Shown here: positions 38,369 through 46,641 of the stretch, in pieces
How the letters are laid out: every line of letters starts with the position of its first letter
Position numbering within the stretch: the first letter of the stretch is position 1
From: an uncultured virus (IMG/VR IMGVR_UViG_3300025723_000025)
Taxonomy: Duplodnaviria; Heunggongvirae; Uroviricota; Caudoviricetes
Length of the DNA stretch: 64,000 nt
Direction: 5' to 3' (one strand)
Virus record (IMG/VR): IMGVR_UViG_3300025723_000025
Translations under genes and position numbers: made by a program
Notes under the pieces: model-generated
Told to the model about the DNA's origin: nothing
The model's database searches: none
Seen by the model: only the letters and a program-made list of their open reading frames with translations

Positions 38369-39745
38369 ATGGCTAATTTATTGCAATCATCATCGAATAA
38401 ATCGACGTGCGCACCGTCGTACTATACAAATTATCTAACCACCTTAGCGAATAAAGGTCTAGCCGCTCAGTGTGCGGCTCAGTACGTTGGTGCCCAGCCC
38501 TTACAGACTAAAGCGTTTTGCACTGCCAATGCTGAGGCTGGTAACTACGCTGGCAACTTTCAGACTGGTGCTGGCCTTGTAGGCTGTGCCGCTAATCAGA
38601 ATATTTCAGGTTCAGCTACTCCGTACCTGCAAGCGGCGACTACAGCGAGCCCTTTATGTGCCGCCAAGCCACTGATTTGCGAAACAGCAAAGATGAGCCT
38701 AGGACAAGTAGCTCAGTGCTACATGAGCCCTTATTTAAACAATGAGGTGCAAAACGTCTCAAACATTGGAATGCGTAATATCCAACAGAACTTGGCACCT
38801 CAGGCCGTTGCGGCAACTGTAGGATCAGGTCAGTTTGGATCTCAGCGTGGTGCGCAAGTATTAGGTCAGGTTGAAAACAACGCCATGACCTGCCTGAACA
38901 ACACCATTGCCAATATGGAAAACGCAGGATACACAACTGCTATGTGCGCCGCTAAAGCCAAAGAGAGTGCTTTGGGTGCATTGGCAAATACCACTTCTGC
39001 CGCTCAACAAGCTCAGAACCAAGTTCAACTTGGAGCTGGTACAGAGGCCGCTACATCCGCTACTCAACAAGCCAACGCCCTTCAACAGGCTGGCCTTGGT
39101 ATGGGTACGCTGGGTACAGAAGGCTCGAACGTCAAGTTGGCATGTATCAATGCATTGGCTACCCTTGGTGGTCAACAGCAGACTATCGCTCAGAACAAGC
39201 AATGCTATCCATTGACTACATTGGCAAAGACTGCAGGCATTCTGTCGGGTGCCAATATACCAATGTCCACCAAGCAGACTTTGTGCATGTCTCCATTGTC
39301 AGCAATTGGTGCCGCTGGATCTACAGCTCTTGGATTGCTTACACCTTGCAAAACTACAGGCAAAACATTGTTGTCTAGCCTCAAGTGCGGTATTGCAACA
39401 ACATTTGGTGGTTGTGAGGCCGCAAAAGCGGCGGCGGCTAAAGCGGCGGCGGCTAAGGCATCTGCTGAAGCGGCGGCAAACGCAAAACAATTGGCGGCTG
39501 ATAAGGCGGCGGCGGCAGGTTGCGCATCATGCTCAAGTTGCGTAGCTTGCAACAGTTGTGCAAGTTGTGTGGCTTGCAATGGTTGCTATGGTTGTTATGG
39601 TTGCTCTACTTGCCTAGCAGGTTGCTATTGCTGTGTCGGTTGCTTTGCGGCTAAAGGCGGATTGATTACTGCAAAGGCCTTGGGCGGCACTGTTGGTTGC
39701 GCATCCACAATTTATTTCGGCGGATTGCCTTTTAGGAGAAAATAA
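38369..39745 (+). CDS. Cys-rich putative ejection/DNA-transfer protein
   Basis: YMSPY, GQFGSQR and Ala/Gln-rich helical pattern; about 31 Cys including a (Cxx)n run. Confidence 0.75.
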   Translation: MANLLQSSSNKSTCAPSYYTNYLTTLANKGLAAQCAAQYVGAQPLQTKAFCTANAEAGNYAGNFQTGAGLVGCAANQNISGSATPYLQAATTASPLCAAKPLICETAKMSLGQVAQCYMSPYLNNEVQNVSNIGMRNIQQNLAPQAVAATVGSGQFGSQRGAQVLGQVENNAMTCLNNTIANMENAGYTTAMCAAKAKESALGALANTTSAAQQAQNQVQLGAGTEAATSATQQANALQQAGLGMGTLGTEGSNVKLACINALATLGGQQQTIAQNKQCYPLTTLAKTAGILSGANIPMSTKQTLCMSPLSAIGAAGSTALGLLTPCKTTGKTLLSSLKCGIATTFGGCEAAKAAAAKAAAAKASAEAAANAKQLAADKAAAAGCASCSSCVACNSCASCVACNGCYGCYGCSTCLAGCYCCVGCFAAKGGLITAKALGGTVGCASTIYFGGLPFRRK

Positions 39746-41694
39746 TGGCTGACAAAGAGAATTACGGTGGTCTAGCCAACGCTGGAGACTTATCTAAGGT
39801 CAACACCTATGGTCTTGACGATGAACGCTTACAAGAGCTCCATCAGGCCCAGCAGGACGCTTATGACGCCCTTCAGCAACGCTATTCACAGCCTAACTGG
39901 TTCAAGGTAGCGGCAGGCTTCGCAAAGCCTCAATTAGGCGGTTTTGTGGCTTCTTTGGGTAGTGCCGCTGATGCATTGGGCGACACCGTAGAGTCACAGC
40001 GTGCCCAGCAGTTGCCTATGGCTGAGATGAAGATGCGCATGGCCCAATCCAATTTGCTATTGGGTCAGAACAAAAAAGCTTCAGACATGGTTGCAGAGCG
40101 TCGCAACAAAGGTCTGCCAATTACTCCTGAGTTCGCCGCTGAAGTGGCTCGTATCGCTCCTGATTCAGCCGTTGCTAAAGCGTTGACTACTGAGATCGGA
40201 ACCCAGCAAAAAGAACAAGAGCTGGCAGGTCAACGTATTGCAGTCGCAAGATCTATGGGTAAAGAGCCCAATCCTGCCGATATGGCTTTGCTTGAAAAAT
40301 CTACAGCTCCTACTAGCCCTGCTAATCCACCTGCACAAGCTACTGGAACGAATAAGATCATTGCTCAAGAAGCCAATTTGCCTTCAGCTCCTACTGGCAA
40401 AGAAGGTGCAGTGTCCAATGAAGACTTCTTGCATGCTACTCATGGTTTAGAAAACATTCCTCCCGGTCAAAAAGCGAAGACATCTTCAGCAATGGGCCCC
40501 GGAGGTATGCTCGATTCAACTCGTGCGAATCTTCAAAAGAAATACAACTTGCCTGAAGGTTACGGTACTGATCCTGCTGTCACAGCTCAATACGAAAATG
40601 CATTGCTTAAAGAAAATGCAGAGACTGTTCTCAAGCCAAACAAAATGGATGAGACAACTCTTAACCATCGTATGGCTTGGTGGTTCGGAAATGATGCGCC
40701 TAAGTTAACAAGCTCAGATCCATCATCAAAAATTGGAGAAGTTCTTAGTCCAGAAGTAATTAAAGCCAATGGCCTTGATCCTAATATGCGAGTTGGCAAA
40801 TTAGTTTCTCGTATCGAAGGCAATCTTTGGGATCAAGGCATCAACCCTAAACACATGGTTGGTGGTGCAAAAGCACAAGAAAATCCTGCAGAGTTGCCAT
40901 TAGATCCAGCGGATACTAAGCCTAATCAAAAGCTTGGTTTCGGTGATTGGGGCTTTGCTAACGTACCTGCGACTGCTACCTACAACGACTTTACTAAGAA
41001 GCAATATGAGAACCTTGAAGGTAAAGCTCAGAAGCGTCTTGACCTTGTTCAAGAGTTGGGAAGCCCTGAAGGTAACGTGCAAACTAATGCGGCAAAGAAC
41101 GTCAATGCATTTTTGAACTTTGCACAGGAAAGCCCTGAGAACAGAGCGGCGATTAAGCGTGTTGTCAACAACATGAATAAAAACCCTGCGATCGTCAATG
41201 CACTTTTGGCAAGTGGCGAAGCTGGACTGCACGCTAACGTAGGTGAGTTCAGCGGCTCTATCGGTTTGCCTGTCAGAAAATTCCTAGAAAACTTCAATGA
41301 TCCAAAAGATCAGAAGGCCGCACAGATGGTTGCATTGGCTATCGATAATGCCAACTTCGTAAACGCCAAGATTAAAGGTATGTCTCCGACTGCCAATATT
41401 CCTGCGGCTGAAGCGAACCTGATGACTGCTGGCACATTGTCTCGAGACATCAACTACTCAACATTGATGAATAGCATGAGCCACTTGGAAAATAGCTTGG
41501 AGATGCAAAAGAACTTGTTCAATGGTTACCAAAGCTTGACAAATTCTTATGGCGACAAGTTAAGCCCATTGGCCCCTACTCATCAGATTGTGAACAGCAA
41601 ATGGTGGAATGGCGTAGTCAAGCATCACCATGACAAAGCAGACACTTATTACAAGCAATACAACAAAGCTATGGGCTACAGCCCAAAAGAATGA
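39745..41694 (+). CDS. Internal virion protein with lytic transglycosylase-like domain
   Basis: HGLEN...AKTSSAMGPGGMLDST...AWWFG resembles SLT motifs. Confidence 0.6.
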   Translation: MADKENYGGLANAGDLSKVNTYGLDDERLQELHQAQQDAYDALQQRYSQPNWFKVAAGFAKPQLGGFVASLGSAADALGDTVESQRAQQLPMAEMKMRMAQSNLLLGQNKKASDMVAERRNKGLPITPEFAAEVARIAPDSAVAKALTTEIGTQQKEQELAGQRIAVARSMGKEPNPADMALLEKSTAPTSPANPPAQATGTNKIIAQEANLPSAPTGKEGAVSNEDFLHATHGLENIPPGQKAKTSSAMGPGGMLDSTRANLQKKYNLPEGYGTDPAVTAQYENALLKENAETVLKPNKMDETTLNHRMAWWFGNDAPKLTSSDPSSKIGEVLSPEVIKANGLDPNMRVGKLVSRIEGNLWDQGINPKHMVGGAKAQENPAELPLDPADTKPNQKLGFGDWGFANVPATATYNDFTKKQYENLEGKAQKRLDLVQELGSPEGNVQTNAAKNVNAFLNFAQESPENRAAIKRVVNNMNKNPAIVNALLASGEAGLHANVGEFSGSIGLPVRKFLENFNDPKDQKAAQMVALAIDNANFVNAKIKGMSPTANIPAAEANLMTAGTLSRDINYSTLMNSMSHLENSLEMQKNLFNGYQSLTNSYGDKLSPLAPTHQIVNSKWWNGVVKHHHDKADTYYKQYNKAMGYSPKE

Positions 41695-41702
41695 GGTGAA
41701 TT

Positions 41703-42971
41703 ATGGGTACAGAACGTAATTTAGGAGCACTACTTGACGATGAAGAGCAAGTGTCCGCTTCTGCTAAAACTGAAAAGTCTAATGATGCACCTCAAGTAAA
41801 AATTGAATCAGATGCAAAAGACAATTCAGGCGAAAGCAACGATCGTAGCAACTTGCTTGGAATTGCAGAAGAAGAAGAGCCAATCAAGCGTGATGAGTCA
41901 CATCTGACAGCCGCTGATATTGTGGCTGGGACTGCTCCTGCGATTGCAAAGATTGATTCATTGCCTCCAAGAGAAAATAAAGTTCAAGCAAACCTGAGAG
42001 ACGTTAATCAGAAGCTCACAGGGGCTCAAGATATTCATTCTGAAAACATGAGAATTCTTGAGGAAGCTAAGAAGCATCATGACTTTTTATCAAGTGAGGC
42101 GGCTGTTGAGGCTCACATGCCTGAGCACCTAAGAGGCAATGTCACTGTTGAAGCGGCACCTGAGCCTACATTGACTCGTGTACCTGAAGGTGGAACTGCT
42201 GTAGGCAACTACGCTGAGAAATTTGTTCCTCCTCATGAAGCGATGAATGCGACAAGCATGTCGCAAGTTCAAAAGGATTTGATTCCTAGGAATGCGGCAT
42301 TAGCGGCTGAAACTCAACGTCTTGCTCCCGGTACTATCCTGACTAAGGAAAGTCCACTGGCTCTGACTCCAGAGGCCCAAAAGGCCAAACTGGCTCAGAT
42401 GAAGGCTGAACAGTTGATTGCACAAGAAAGAGCTGAGGCACATGCCAAGGCAGTTGAAGAGGCCAAGAGAGAAGCCCATGCAAAGCTTGAGCCTCATCGC
42501 ACACAAGCCGCTGAAGATTTAGCTCGAGCTGAAGCAGAAGCCAATAAGTCAAAAATTGCTTTGAAAGACTTAGCTACAAGACAAGAGCGTTTGAGCTCTA
42601 ACTTGGCTGATATGACAGGCAGAACTGGTAGCAAGATTGGCAACATGGTTCGCTATGGTGGTGACTTGCTTGGAAAACTATCTGTTCCTGCCGCTTTGGC
42701 TTCAGTGCCTTATGAATATCAACAGGCTGTTGAATCAGGCAAGAAGGCTTGGGAATCAGGCAATATGAAAGATTGGGGCGAGACTGCTAAACATACTGCT
42801 GGCGTAGCTAGTGGTGCATTAGCCGCCGCACCTTATCTAGCCGCCGCAGGATTGTTGGCACCTGAAGTCGGTGCCGGACTTGCTACTACTGGTGCTATCG
42901 GTGGGTTAAGCATTCTAGCGACTGAAGCTCCCCAGTTGTATCGGAAGTACATTCAGGGTAGAGGTGAGTAA
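41703..42971 (+). CDS. Putative internal virion protein
   Basis: Last late gene; coiled coil plus hydrophobic C-terminus. Confidence 0.6.
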   Translation: MGTERNLGALLDDEEQVSASAKTEKSNDAPQVKIESDAKDNSGESNDRSNLLGIAEEEEPIKRDESHLTAADIVAGTAPAIAKIDSLPPRENKVQANLRDVNQKLTGAQDIHSENMRILEEAKKHHDFLSSEAAVEAHMPEHLRGNVTVEAAPEPTLTRVPEGGTAVGNYAEKFVPPHEAMNATSMSQVQKDLIPRNAALAAETQRLAPGTILTKESPLALTPEAQKAKLAQMKAEQLIAQERAEAHAKAVEEAKREAHAKLEPHRTQAAEDLARAEAEANKSKIALKDLATRQERLSSNLADMTGRTGSKIGNMVRYGGDLLGKLSVPAALASVPYEYQQAVESGKKAWESGNMKDWGETAKHTAGVASGALAAAPYLAAAGLLAPEVGAGLATTGAIGGLSILATEAPQLYRKYIQGRGE

Positions 42972-43082
42972 GACAGGCGTAAATAATCGCCCCTACCAAG
43001 CAGTAAATATATAACTTAAACATTTGTTTTCCTCGTCATGCTGACCGTCTCCTCAGTGTGATAGGCCATTGCAGTGGCCTTC

Positions 43083-43116
43083 GCCCCTACTTCCGTCCGA
43101 GGTAGGGGCTTTTTTT
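43083..43116 (+). terminator. Terminator between convergent operons
   Basis: GCCCCTAC-loop-GTAGGGGC followed by T-run. Confidence 0.8.
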
Positions 43117-43117
43117 A

Positions 43118-43336
43118 TCACGCTTTAGAGCGAACTTCTAAGATCTTGTCAGCTACTAAATTGTTGTAGGCTCTTGCAACTTCTATGCAAGCGACTCGCT
43201 CTTCTTTGATTAGTTCAGGCTTTGCCGCCGCAATGAATGCATTGGCAAGTTTTACTAAGTCAGATTCAAGGAAGTTGTAGTTTTCTTCCAAGTGAGCATT
43301 GATAAATGCATCTCTGATTTGTTGATTATTCAACAT
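43118..43336 (-). CDS. Hypothetical protein
   Basis: GGAG RBS; operon. Confidence 0.75.
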   Translation of the reverse strand: MLNNQQIRDAFINAHLEENYNFLESDLVKLANAFIAAAKPELIKEERVACIEVARAYNNLVADKILEVRSKA

Positions 43337-43547
43337 TGTTTTCTCCAGTAAAGTCTAATTCTTGATTAATAACACGAGCGTGCTCGACCTTGTATCCTTT
43401 TTCAAGCAACTCAACCAAATCCATCTGGGTTGCAACTTCTGCTTTGAATTGATTATTAGCAATAAATGCAATTGCTGATTGACGGCTAGGAGAATTCACT
43501 AAGTGAACTCCCTTTGGGCCAGTGACTACATAGATACGTTCTTTCAT
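43326..43547 (-). CDS. Hypothetical protein
   Basis: Overlap coupling. Confidence 0.75.
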   Translation of the reverse strand: MKERIYVVTGPKGVHLVNSPSRQSAIAFIANNQFKAEVATQMDLVELLEKGYKVEHARVINQELDFTGENNVE

Positions 43548-43834
43548 TTAATTAACTCCCAATCTTCTCCAAATAGATCAAGCTGTGATGGAACCCATCC
43601 AGCCATGTACGTTTTTTGAGCTGTCCACATGTCAATGTGCGGAACAATCTCCATTTCTTTTACGCCAAAGTCTTGTAGGTTTTCTGCAGTAATCGGGCTG
43701 TGTGGTCTAAGGTTTTCAGGCAGTACAGAATAGCCACCAGCTAAAACCAAAAACATATTGCTACCGTTCCAACCTGCACGTCTTACTTTTTGACCGTGTT
43801 TGATCAATTCCAATGCTGTTCCAAAGTTCATCAC
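43544..43834 (-). CDS. DUF2829 / Tad2-like protein
   Basis: MNFGTALELIKHGQKVRRAGWNG...WVPSQLDLFGEDW signature. Confidence 0.8.
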   Translation of the reverse strand: MMNFGTALELIKHGQKVRRAGWNGSNMFLVLAGGYSVLPENLRPHSPITAENLQDFGVKEMEIVPHIDMWTAQKTYMAGWVPSQLDLFGEDWELIK

Positions 43835-44622
43835 AAAACTCCAAAGTTATTTTTAATTTTCCAAAAACGCAGTAAGCACTGGAACATCTCCCAGCCTTTT
43901 GCGAGCTCTTCTTCAGACCATTCCACAATCCTAATCAGACCGGGATGAGTGCGTGAAGCAAATACGTTTGCACAACGTGCATGAGGGATACCAAGACCAT
44001 GACGATAAGCCGCCAATTGCATAACATGCTCGTCGTATCCATCTACCTTGTCATCAGGGCCAAACTCTTTTGACTTGGCGTCTAAGACAATTCCATCGGG
44101 AGCAGACTCGCTTTTTTGAGTATGCAAGTCCACCTTACCTCCAAAACCCAATGGAGAGGCAAAGGCAATCTCGGTTATCCACTTTTGATCAGGGTGCGTT
44201 TTGAAGTGCTCAAATACTGCCTTCTCAAAAGCTTTGGCGGTATCAGCGTGCTCTACATTACGATCTCCTGCATACCAGCGTTCAATCGATTCATGAATAC
44301 GGGTGCCCTTTTCTGCGGCCTGTTTTCCAGTCTCTTTTGAATCGGCAACGATACGAGCGATGAACTCCTTTTCAGTCTCCTCCGGCTTGCGTGGCAAAGT
44401 CATAGCCGCTAGAAGCAACTGTTCGTTTTTCCACACGTCTAAACCGGGCTTGGCGGCGATTTTCATCACCGTGGTAACCGAAGGTACCAAGTTCATCTTG
44501 CGTGCGTCCCTGAGGGTCGTAGGACGGTCTGAACCATCCTTGGCCTTCACGGTGTACTGAGGTGAACCATCTTGCTGATACCAGTGAACTGATTCTGCTG
44601 ATCTAGCAATGATTGTGGTCAT
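43831..44622 (-). CDS. PD-(D/E)XK exonuclease-like protein
   Basis: PSVTTV, GTRIH, GGKVDL, LDAKS, QLAAY motifs. Confidence 0.82.
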   Translation of the reverse strand: MTTIIARSAESVHWYQQDGSPQYTVKAKDGSDRPTTLRDARKMNLVPSVTTVMKIAAKPGLDVWKNEQLLLAAMTLPRKPEETEKEFIARIVADSKETGKQAAEKGTRIHESIERWYAGDRNVEHADTAKAFEKAVFEHFKTHPDQKWITEIAFASPLGFGGKVDLHTQKSESAPDGIVLDAKSKEFGPDDKVDGYDEHVMQLAAYRHGLGIPHARCANVFASRTHPGLIRIVEWSEEELAKGWEMFQCLLRFWKIKNNFGVL

Positions 44623-44795
44623 TTACTTCTCTCCGCTTGTTTAGACAATGCCTCTGCTGACTCTGCACCTTGTGCCAAACGACTAGCGTATTGACGTAAA
44701 GCTTTAGGCCAACCCATGCGTTTTGCTGATTCTTTATCAGACTTCTTTTTTGCCTCACGTTGCATTTTGCGAGTAGCTTCTCTTGCGAAACCCAT
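44619..44795 (-). CDS. Small basic protein
   Basis: GGAGG RBS. Confidence 0.55.
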   Translation of the reverse strand: MGFAREATRKMQREAKKKSDKESAKRMGWPKALRQYASRLAQGAESAEALSKQAERSK

Positions 44796-44804
44796 AACCA
44801 CCTC

Positions 44805-44954
44805 CTATTGAAACCAAAGATAAAACCCATGGAGAATTCCAATGGGAAAGAAAATTGCACCAGCCAGTAAGAAGCCCCATAAGCCTTCTGAAAAGCAAGT
44901 GAATATGTGTGTTAGCCATGCAATAAAGCAGGCTATTCCGAATAAATATCCCAT
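44805..44954 (-). CDS. Small membrane protein (49 aa, not in ORF track)
   Basis: AGGAG RBS; MGYLFGIACFIAWLTHIF...FFPIGILHGFYLWFQ. Confidence 0.65.
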   Translation of the reverse strand: MGYLFGIACFIAWLTHIFTCFSEGLWGFLLAGAIFFPIGILHGFYLWFQ

Positions 44955-45175
44955 CATTTCTCCTTATTTTTTGAACCTACTGGACGACCACGTTTTTTTG
45001 GGGTTGGATGTTCTTTTACCCATTTATAGGCGTTGCTGTTTTTAGGAAGCTCTCCTTTCCCTACTGGAATCCATCCCTCTAATTGAAATACTCTTTTAGA
45101 AAGATCTTGAACAATAGTTCTTAGATAATCTATATCAGCAAGTAACTGTGCCTTTTCTTTTCGACTAATGAACAT
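44954..45175 (-). CDS. Hypothetical protein with AT-hook-like tail
   Basis: KKRGRPVGSKNK. Confidence 0.7.
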   Translation of the reverse strand: MFISRKEKAQLLADIDYLRTIVQDLSKRVFQLEGWIPVGKGELPKNSNAYKWVKEHPTPKKRGRPVGSKNKEK

Positions 45176-45303
45176 TATTTCTCCGTCGTCACTTTGATGT
45201 TTTTAACCGTAGATATGCCTTTGTCCAAAGCATTAGCTACACCTGAGACGCCATATGTGGCGACAAAAAATCCTAGGATTACTCCTACAACAAATTGAAT
45301 CAT
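45175..45303 (-). CDS. Small membrane protein (42 aa, not in ORF track)
   Basis: AGGAGG RBS; MIQFVVGVILGFFVATYGVSG. Confidence 0.65.
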   Translation of the reverse strand: MIQFVVGVILGFFVATYGVSGVANALDKGISTVKNIKVTTEK

Positions 45304-45311
45304 GATTCCTC

Positions 45312-45587
45312 CTAATTCCAAGTAAGACGTAGCTTAGGCATGCACTGGATATCGATGATGATGTCCGACATCATGCCGTTGATAGTTCTCTTGGTCATTA
45401 CGGGAACAGCTCTCATTCCGTTGCCTTCGCATTCTTGAGTTGCATGAATTACTTCATTGCGGCTCATCTGCTGTACCTTTGAATCCAGCACTAATTGCAC
45501 TGCTGGCGCATTGGCATTCACATAAGAACTAGAAGGGGCAGAACTGCACCCAGCCAATATCAGTGGGATGAAAATTAATTTTTTCAT
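45312..45587 (-). CDS. Lipoprotein
   Basis: MKKLIFIPLILAGC lipobox. Confidence 0.8.
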   Translation of the reverse strand: MKKLIFIPLILAGCSSAPSSSYVNANAPAVQLVLDSKVQQMSRNEVIHATQECEGNGMRAVPVMTKRTINGMMSDIIIDIQCMPKLRLTWN

Positions 45588-45595
45588 GGGCCACC

Positions 45596-46240
45596 TCAGA
45601 AGGGGATATCGTCGTCTTCAAATCCTTTTGCAGATTCGGCTTGTGGGGCTTCAGCAGGTGCACCGCCCTTAGCTTTCTCGAACTCAGGAGAAGAGATGAT
45701 CTTGGTTTTTAAATTGTCACTAAACGTCTCAAACAATGTCCAGTCAGGATCTTGAAGGTTGAACATTTCGTTCTTGTTGATAGCTTCAGGAAGGCCGCTT
45801 TGCTTGATAATAGAAGGGACAGGAGTCACGCCATTGACATTGGTATAAGTCTTATTGTCTTGGCCTGCACGCTCGATCACGTTTAACATGCACCACGCAC
45901 CGAGTACGTTCTTCAAGTCAAACTTACGCATCTCTTCTTGGCTAAATGGTTTACCACGCCATGATTGAAGATCTAAACGTAAGTTAGCCTTTTCAGACCA
46001 GCTCAATGTGTAGTTCTTAAAGATGGCGAACGGGCGACCGTCTTTCATCTTGATTTGATTTCCATCATCATCAGTGCCATGGATTTCCCAACCCAGCATG
46101 ATCTTATGAAGGTACTTGACTTGGCCCATGTACTCAGACTTCTGAGTGCCTAGATCAACGATACGATAGCACCGTGCAAGGTGCATTCCAGATGGGCACT
46201 TCTCGAAATTCCCACCTGTGTCTTCAACGATAAAACTCAT
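45596..46240 (-). CDS. Putative ssDNA-binding/replication protein
   Basis: Acidic DDDIPF C-terminus; ARCYRIVDLGTQ beta-rich domain. Confidence 0.65.
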   Translation of the reverse strand: MSFIVEDTGGNFEKCPSGMHLARCYRIVDLGTQKSEYMGQVKYLHKIMLGWEIHGTDDDGNQIKMKDGRPFAIFKNYTLSWSEKANLRLDLQSWRGKPFSQEEMRKFDLKNVLGAWCMLNVIERAGQDNKTYTNVNGVTPVPSIIKQSGLPEAINKNEMFNLQDPDWTLFETFSDNLKTKIISSPEFEKAKGGAPAEAPQAESAKGFEDDDIPF

Positions 46241-46300
46241 CTTATTCTCCTAAATAACCGTCCCGTAGGACACTAACCCGGCAAATCGCCGTGAAAAGAC

Positions 46301-46330
46301 TATAACACGAAATTAGATATGTGCTAGAAT
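46301..46330. promoter_or_regulatory. Divergent promoter region with 17-bp operator
   Basis: Reverse complement TCTAATTTCGTGTTATA at 46301-46317; TAGAAT 46325-46330. Confidence 0.65.
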
Positions 46331-46421
46331 CTTTTTCATGGGGGAAAGCGGATGCTGACTTGGGATGGTCTGAAACGACGCAAGCAGACGTAGCGAGTAC
46401 TCCACCAAAGAAAGGAGCATT

Positions 46422-46622
46422 ATGAACTTGAAACAATACTTTAAAGATGAGCCTTACGGAGCGAAGAAAGAGATGGCAGACTTTTTAGGAATCACGCCTA
46501 CATGGCTTGGTTTACTAATTAAGAAAAGCCGCCGCCCTTCACCCGAACTGGCAAAAAAGATACAGAAAGCGACGCAAGGGCTGGTCACTGCAAAAGACCT
46601 ACGGCCTGATCTGTTTGATTAA
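46422..46622 (+). CDS. Cro/CI-like HTH transcriptional regulator
   Basis: KKEMADFLGITPTWL..RRPSPELAKKI..TQGLVTAKDLRPD. Confidence 0.85.
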   Translation: MNLKQYFKDEPYGAKKEMADFLGITPTWLGLLIKKSRRPSPELAKKIQKATQGLVTAKDLRPDLFD

Positions 46623-46641
46623 TTTGTAACTGGAGATATGT

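Noticed and set aside
39421..39520. GCG-rich microsatellite as a phase-variation tract
   Set aside because: In-frame coding for an Ala/Lys helical linker
36387..39745. Genetic-code reassignment explaining the Cys excess
   Set aside because: Cys is encoded by ordinary TGT/TGC, catalytic Cys motifs elsewhere are normal, and all three stop codons end genes
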